A stretch of DNA of 64,000 nt from a bacterium (GTDB lineage: Bacteria; Electryoneota; Electryoneia; Electryoneales; Electryoneaceae), in assembly GCA_963669175.1 (NCBI GenBank), contig OY769902.1, positions 4,768,001 to 4,832,000 of the forward strand, read 5' to 3'. Both the position numbers and the translations under genes were made by a program. Each line of letters begins with the position of its first letter. The first letter of the stretch is position 1. The notes under the pieces were generated by a model. The model made no database searches and was not told the origin of the DNA. It was given only the letters and a program-made list of their open reading frames with translations. Shown in pieces: positions 61,801-64,000 of the stretch.

Positions 61801-64000
61801 GCTCAAGCAGTGCGAACGGTACTGGCGGATCCGGGATGTACACGTTCAGGGTCAGCACGTTGGAAGACCAGGTGCCTAACGTATTCGTATCCTGCGCCCG
61901 GACCTTCCACCAATAGGTGACGTCATCCATCATCCCGGTCAGATCGAACGAAGTTTCTGTTACGGTTGCCGAGTCAAGATCTGTGGTAAACGCTGCATCT
62001 GTCGCCCACCAGACCACGTAGGAAATGTCATCATCCGGGTCGGGATCAGTGGCTGCATTCCAGACCAGGGTAGTATCACCGGTCCAGACGGTTTCACCGT
62101 CAGCCGGGCCGGTCAGATCGAAAGCATTCGGCGCTTCCGGTACTTCAACGTGGAACCAGCGACCGTTTTCACCGGCATCCGCCCAGGTGGACAATCCGTA
62201 ACTGTCTTCCGCCCAGACACGCCAGTAGACGGTAGTATTATCCGGAAGTTCATCCAGCTCGTTTTCGCCTGCGCTTTCGCCCGGCGCCTGTTCGCCACCA
62301 CCACTCACTTCACCCTGGCTGATCACCTTTCCGTTCGGAATTCCGGCAAGTTCATTGCCTCCCGAAGGATTGTCACTATTAACACGTGCGCCGATTCCCA
62401 TCAGCACATCCGCCAAGTCGTGAATGATGTAAGATGTTTCAGCGGTCAGCGTATCGTACAGGGTTGCGAACGTCGGGTCGTTTGACCATTCCACGTGATA
62501 CTCGATCACGTCGGCCGGGTCGATATCCGTAGCCGCGTCCCATGCAACCGCCACGGTATCGTTTTCAACCGTGTCTTCATCAGCCGGTGTCAACAGGGCG
62601 AAGGATTCCGGTGCGATGGGTACGTAGATCGACCAGGTTTCGTTCGACCATGTACCGGTCGTGTTGGTATCCTGCGCGCGCACCTTCCAGTACCAGCTCT
62701 GGCCCTGGGTCAAGGCGCTCAACTGTGTTGTGGCTGAGGTCAGACCGGTGATCGAGTCGAGATCGGTTGCAAACGCCATGTCAGACGCATACCAGACTAC
62801 GTATTCAATTACGTCGCCCGGATCCGGATCAGTTGTCGTTTCCCAGGTCAGGTCGATATCCGCTTCCGTATGCGCCGATTCATCATCCGGGGTCAACAAG
62901 CTGAAGGCGGCCGGCGGTTCTGCGACCGCGACAAAGAAGCTGTGTCCGGTTTCACCGGCATCCGCCCAAGTGCTGTCATCTTCGGAGTCAACCGCGACGA
63001 CTCGCCAGTATACCCAGGCGTCATCGGGCAACTCATCCAGCTCATCCTCACCACCATTTTCGCCAGCCTCATCATCCGCGCCTGTCTCCATACCTTCCCC
63101 GAAGCCTTCTCCGGGATTGACACGAATCTTTCCACCGGCAACGGCGCCGTTCATGGCAATTCCGCCGGTCTCTTCATTGCCGCCGTCATCACCACCTTCA
63201 TTGCCCATGGCCATCACTTCGGTGATATCCGTAATGATATAGAAGGTATCGGTCGTCGTCGCGTTCAATAGCTCACTGAAGTCGGATTGAGCTGACCATT
63301 CCACAGTGTAAGTAACATCGTCACCATCAGGATCAACCGCCGTATGCCAGTTGACGGTAATGGTGTCGTTGTATACGGTAGCCTCGTCTGCCGGATCAAT
63401 CAGGGCAAATGCGTTTGGCGGTTCATTGGTCCAGACAGTGAAGCTCCAGGTCTGGGTTGACCATGTGCCGACCGTGTTATCATCCTGCGCCCTGACTTTC
63501 CACCAATAATCAGTTTCATCGGTCAAACCAACCAATGTTGTAGTGGTGTCGAGCAGGCCGACTATGGAATCCAGATCTGTCGTAAAGGCCTGATCCGTAG
63601 CATACCACAGAACATACTCGATAGTATCATCCGGGTCTTCATCCGTGGTTGAACGCCAGTGCAGCTCAACATCAAGCTCACGGCTCCGGTATCCACTATC
63701 AGGTAATGCCAGGTTAAATGCTAACGGTGCATTCGGGATACGCACCACGAAGGAATAGACTGAACTCGACCAGGTACCGCCCGTATTGGTATCCTGTGCC
63801 CAGACCTTCCAGTAGTAGGTGCTGTCATCCTGCAATCCGGTCAACGTGACAAAAGCATCTTCCGTATCGGTTGAATCGTAGGATTCCGCTCCGAATTCGG
63901 AATCAAAGCCCCAGTAGATCCAATAGATGACCGAATCACCCGGATCGTTTTCAACAGCAGTTTCCCACTCGAAGAGTTCGTTGGCCGTGTAAACCGTATC
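58820..64000 (-). CDS. Giant FN3-like repeat surface protein with CarboxypepD_reg-like domain and T9SS type A CTD (5' end outside window)
   Basis: Frame stays open to the window edge (>1720 aa); at least 10 ~100-aa repeats (P..F.L..P...W....DPD....Y...YW.V.A.D); ends YPNPFN...SGVYF...KAVLVR. Confidence 0.92.
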   Translation of the reverse strand, partial: DTVYTANELFEWETAVENDPGDSVIYWIYWGFDSEFGAESYDSTDTEDAFVTLTGLQDDSTYYWKVWAQDTNTGGTWSSSVYSFVVRIPNAPLAFNLALPDSGYRSRELDVELHWRSTTDEDPDDTIEYVLWYATDQAFTTDLDSIVGLLDTTTTLVGLTDETDYWWKVRAQDDNTVGTWSTQTWSFTVWTNEPPNAFALIDPADEATVYNDTITVNWHTAVDPDGDDVTYTVEWSAQSDFSELLNATTTDTFYIITDITEVMAMGNEGGDDGGNEETGGIAMNGAVAGGKIRVNPGEGFGEGMETGADDEAGENGGEDELDELPDDAWVYWRVVAVDSEDDSTWADAGETGHSFFVAVAEPPAAFSLLTPDDESAHTEADIDLTWETTTDPDPGDVIEYVVWYASDMAFATDLDSITGLTSATTQLSALTQGQSWYWKVRAQDTNTTGTWSNETWSIYVPIAPESFALLTPADEDTVENDTVAVAWDAATDIDPADVIEYHVEWSNDPTFATLYDTLTAETSYIIHDLADVLMGIGARVNSDNPSGGNELAGIPNGKVISQGEVSGGGEQAPGESAGENELDELPDNTTVYWRVWAEDSYGLSTWADAGENGRWFHVEVPEAPNAFDLTGPADGETVWTGDTTLVWNAATDPDPDDDISYVVWWATDAAFTTDLDSATVTETSFDLTGMMDDVTYWWKVRAQDTNTLGTWSSNVLTLNVYIPDPPVPFALLEPEDGAEVNNDTINVVWNTALDPDPGDVIGYEIQWSGDATFTDFLSATTADTFFEVSSLEEAMAMGIGRNNKPTDDGSDETFMATGSFKVNQDQDRDKGEKNNSNALGGSSNASPIIEGGEVGLDELPDNTTIYWRVKAIDSFTLEAWSTEEETGWSFDVYLFDPPEAFTLVGPDSGAVIRTGDTTVVWQSTIDPDPGDSFSYWLYWSNDVDFADRDSVEVNDTTYTFTGMDDDQTIYWKVRAQDTNTEGTWTDDVWSFDVYIPEAPIAFELAGPDSGFVVHEEFAEVYWDRADDPDPSDTLEYTVEWSLDPTFTDAFSAVTSDTFFVIDELAAVVASHPQGSLGGRVRMERSSGKSGVMMESGRSRGPEAALALVGGLGQALFGGPESELDELPDDITVYWRVTATDLFGLQTQANPLDGWAFDVYQYDTPEAFSLASPADTEVLNGEDALVQWNLTTDSDPGDTLIYWVWFATDALFTENLDSLSTEDDNVLLEDILDGVEYWWKVRAQDTNTDGTWSSEVWSFTTDIPELTGMVTASEGGLAVDGARLSLVDDTDNIWAVYTDSEGAYTFFEVPDGVYDLRVTHTEYATFVQEDVQIVGGDILEMDVVLSDVVEMNLPLSSEGFELISFYLQPLESDALALFNEIDDLLLVYQDDVRMAIPPAVNTIGDVDLTEGFRVLTSSDSRFAITGSPMDPSIEYTLQADKLNLVGYPFDFAVPVETGFEAIMDVVELVRNDDGYTWIPGDAELSDLVTLFPGEGYEVFVSEDVTFSFSSGGWTVATAGKPQLRKPMRIPEGVTRTGLPFTMVVSLNAELAGMGADAIEVLDGDLMVGRANISDGGRTKITIWQGMPKMRLPGFQPGNPVTVQLVDASGGVIASDIIDGPTRFTSGGFAELTLERAIALPTEFMVGSLYPNPFNSTVHMQFGLPSEGDVHVRVFNLLGRLVHEENRYLTAGYHRYMFDAGQELVSGVYFIQVQHGGSVMTRKAVLVR

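Overview
Bacterial chromosomal window, probably from an FCB-group-like lineage (inferred from several proteins ending in PNPFN-type T9SS/CTD sorting domains). The centre is a minus-strand proteobacterial-type (T6SS-i) type VI secretion cluster, tssJKLM-tagF-tssABC-hcp-tssEFG-tssH (10303-29010), with no vgrG/PAAR visible and a higBA toxin-antitoxin pair directly downstream. Other genes: a TPR/DUF3857-transglutaminase lipoprotein, an FG-GAP CTD protein, a lipoprotein/outer-membrane barrel/OmpA operon, DUF4301, DUF2582, mfd, two hybrid histidine kinases, a deoxyhypusine-synthase-like protein, an octaheme tetrathionate-reductase-family cytochrome, a YVTN propeller lipoprotein, and a giant FN3-repeat secreted protein in which every second domain carries an unrelated disordered insert ending in LDELPD. 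Intergenic DNA is a nested mosaic of repeats: a ~396-bp MITE with IS50/Tn5-like ends and a 10-bp TSD (2 copies), a ~330-bp MITE with an 8-bp TSD (3 copies), a ~97-bp element with co-varying arms (about 9 copies), paired AAAAGGGGAC palindromes about 60 bp apart, GTCATCCCCG REP-like arrays and short tandem repeats. No rRNA, tRNA or CRISPR array was seen. All calls come from reading the sequence and ORF track; no searches were run.
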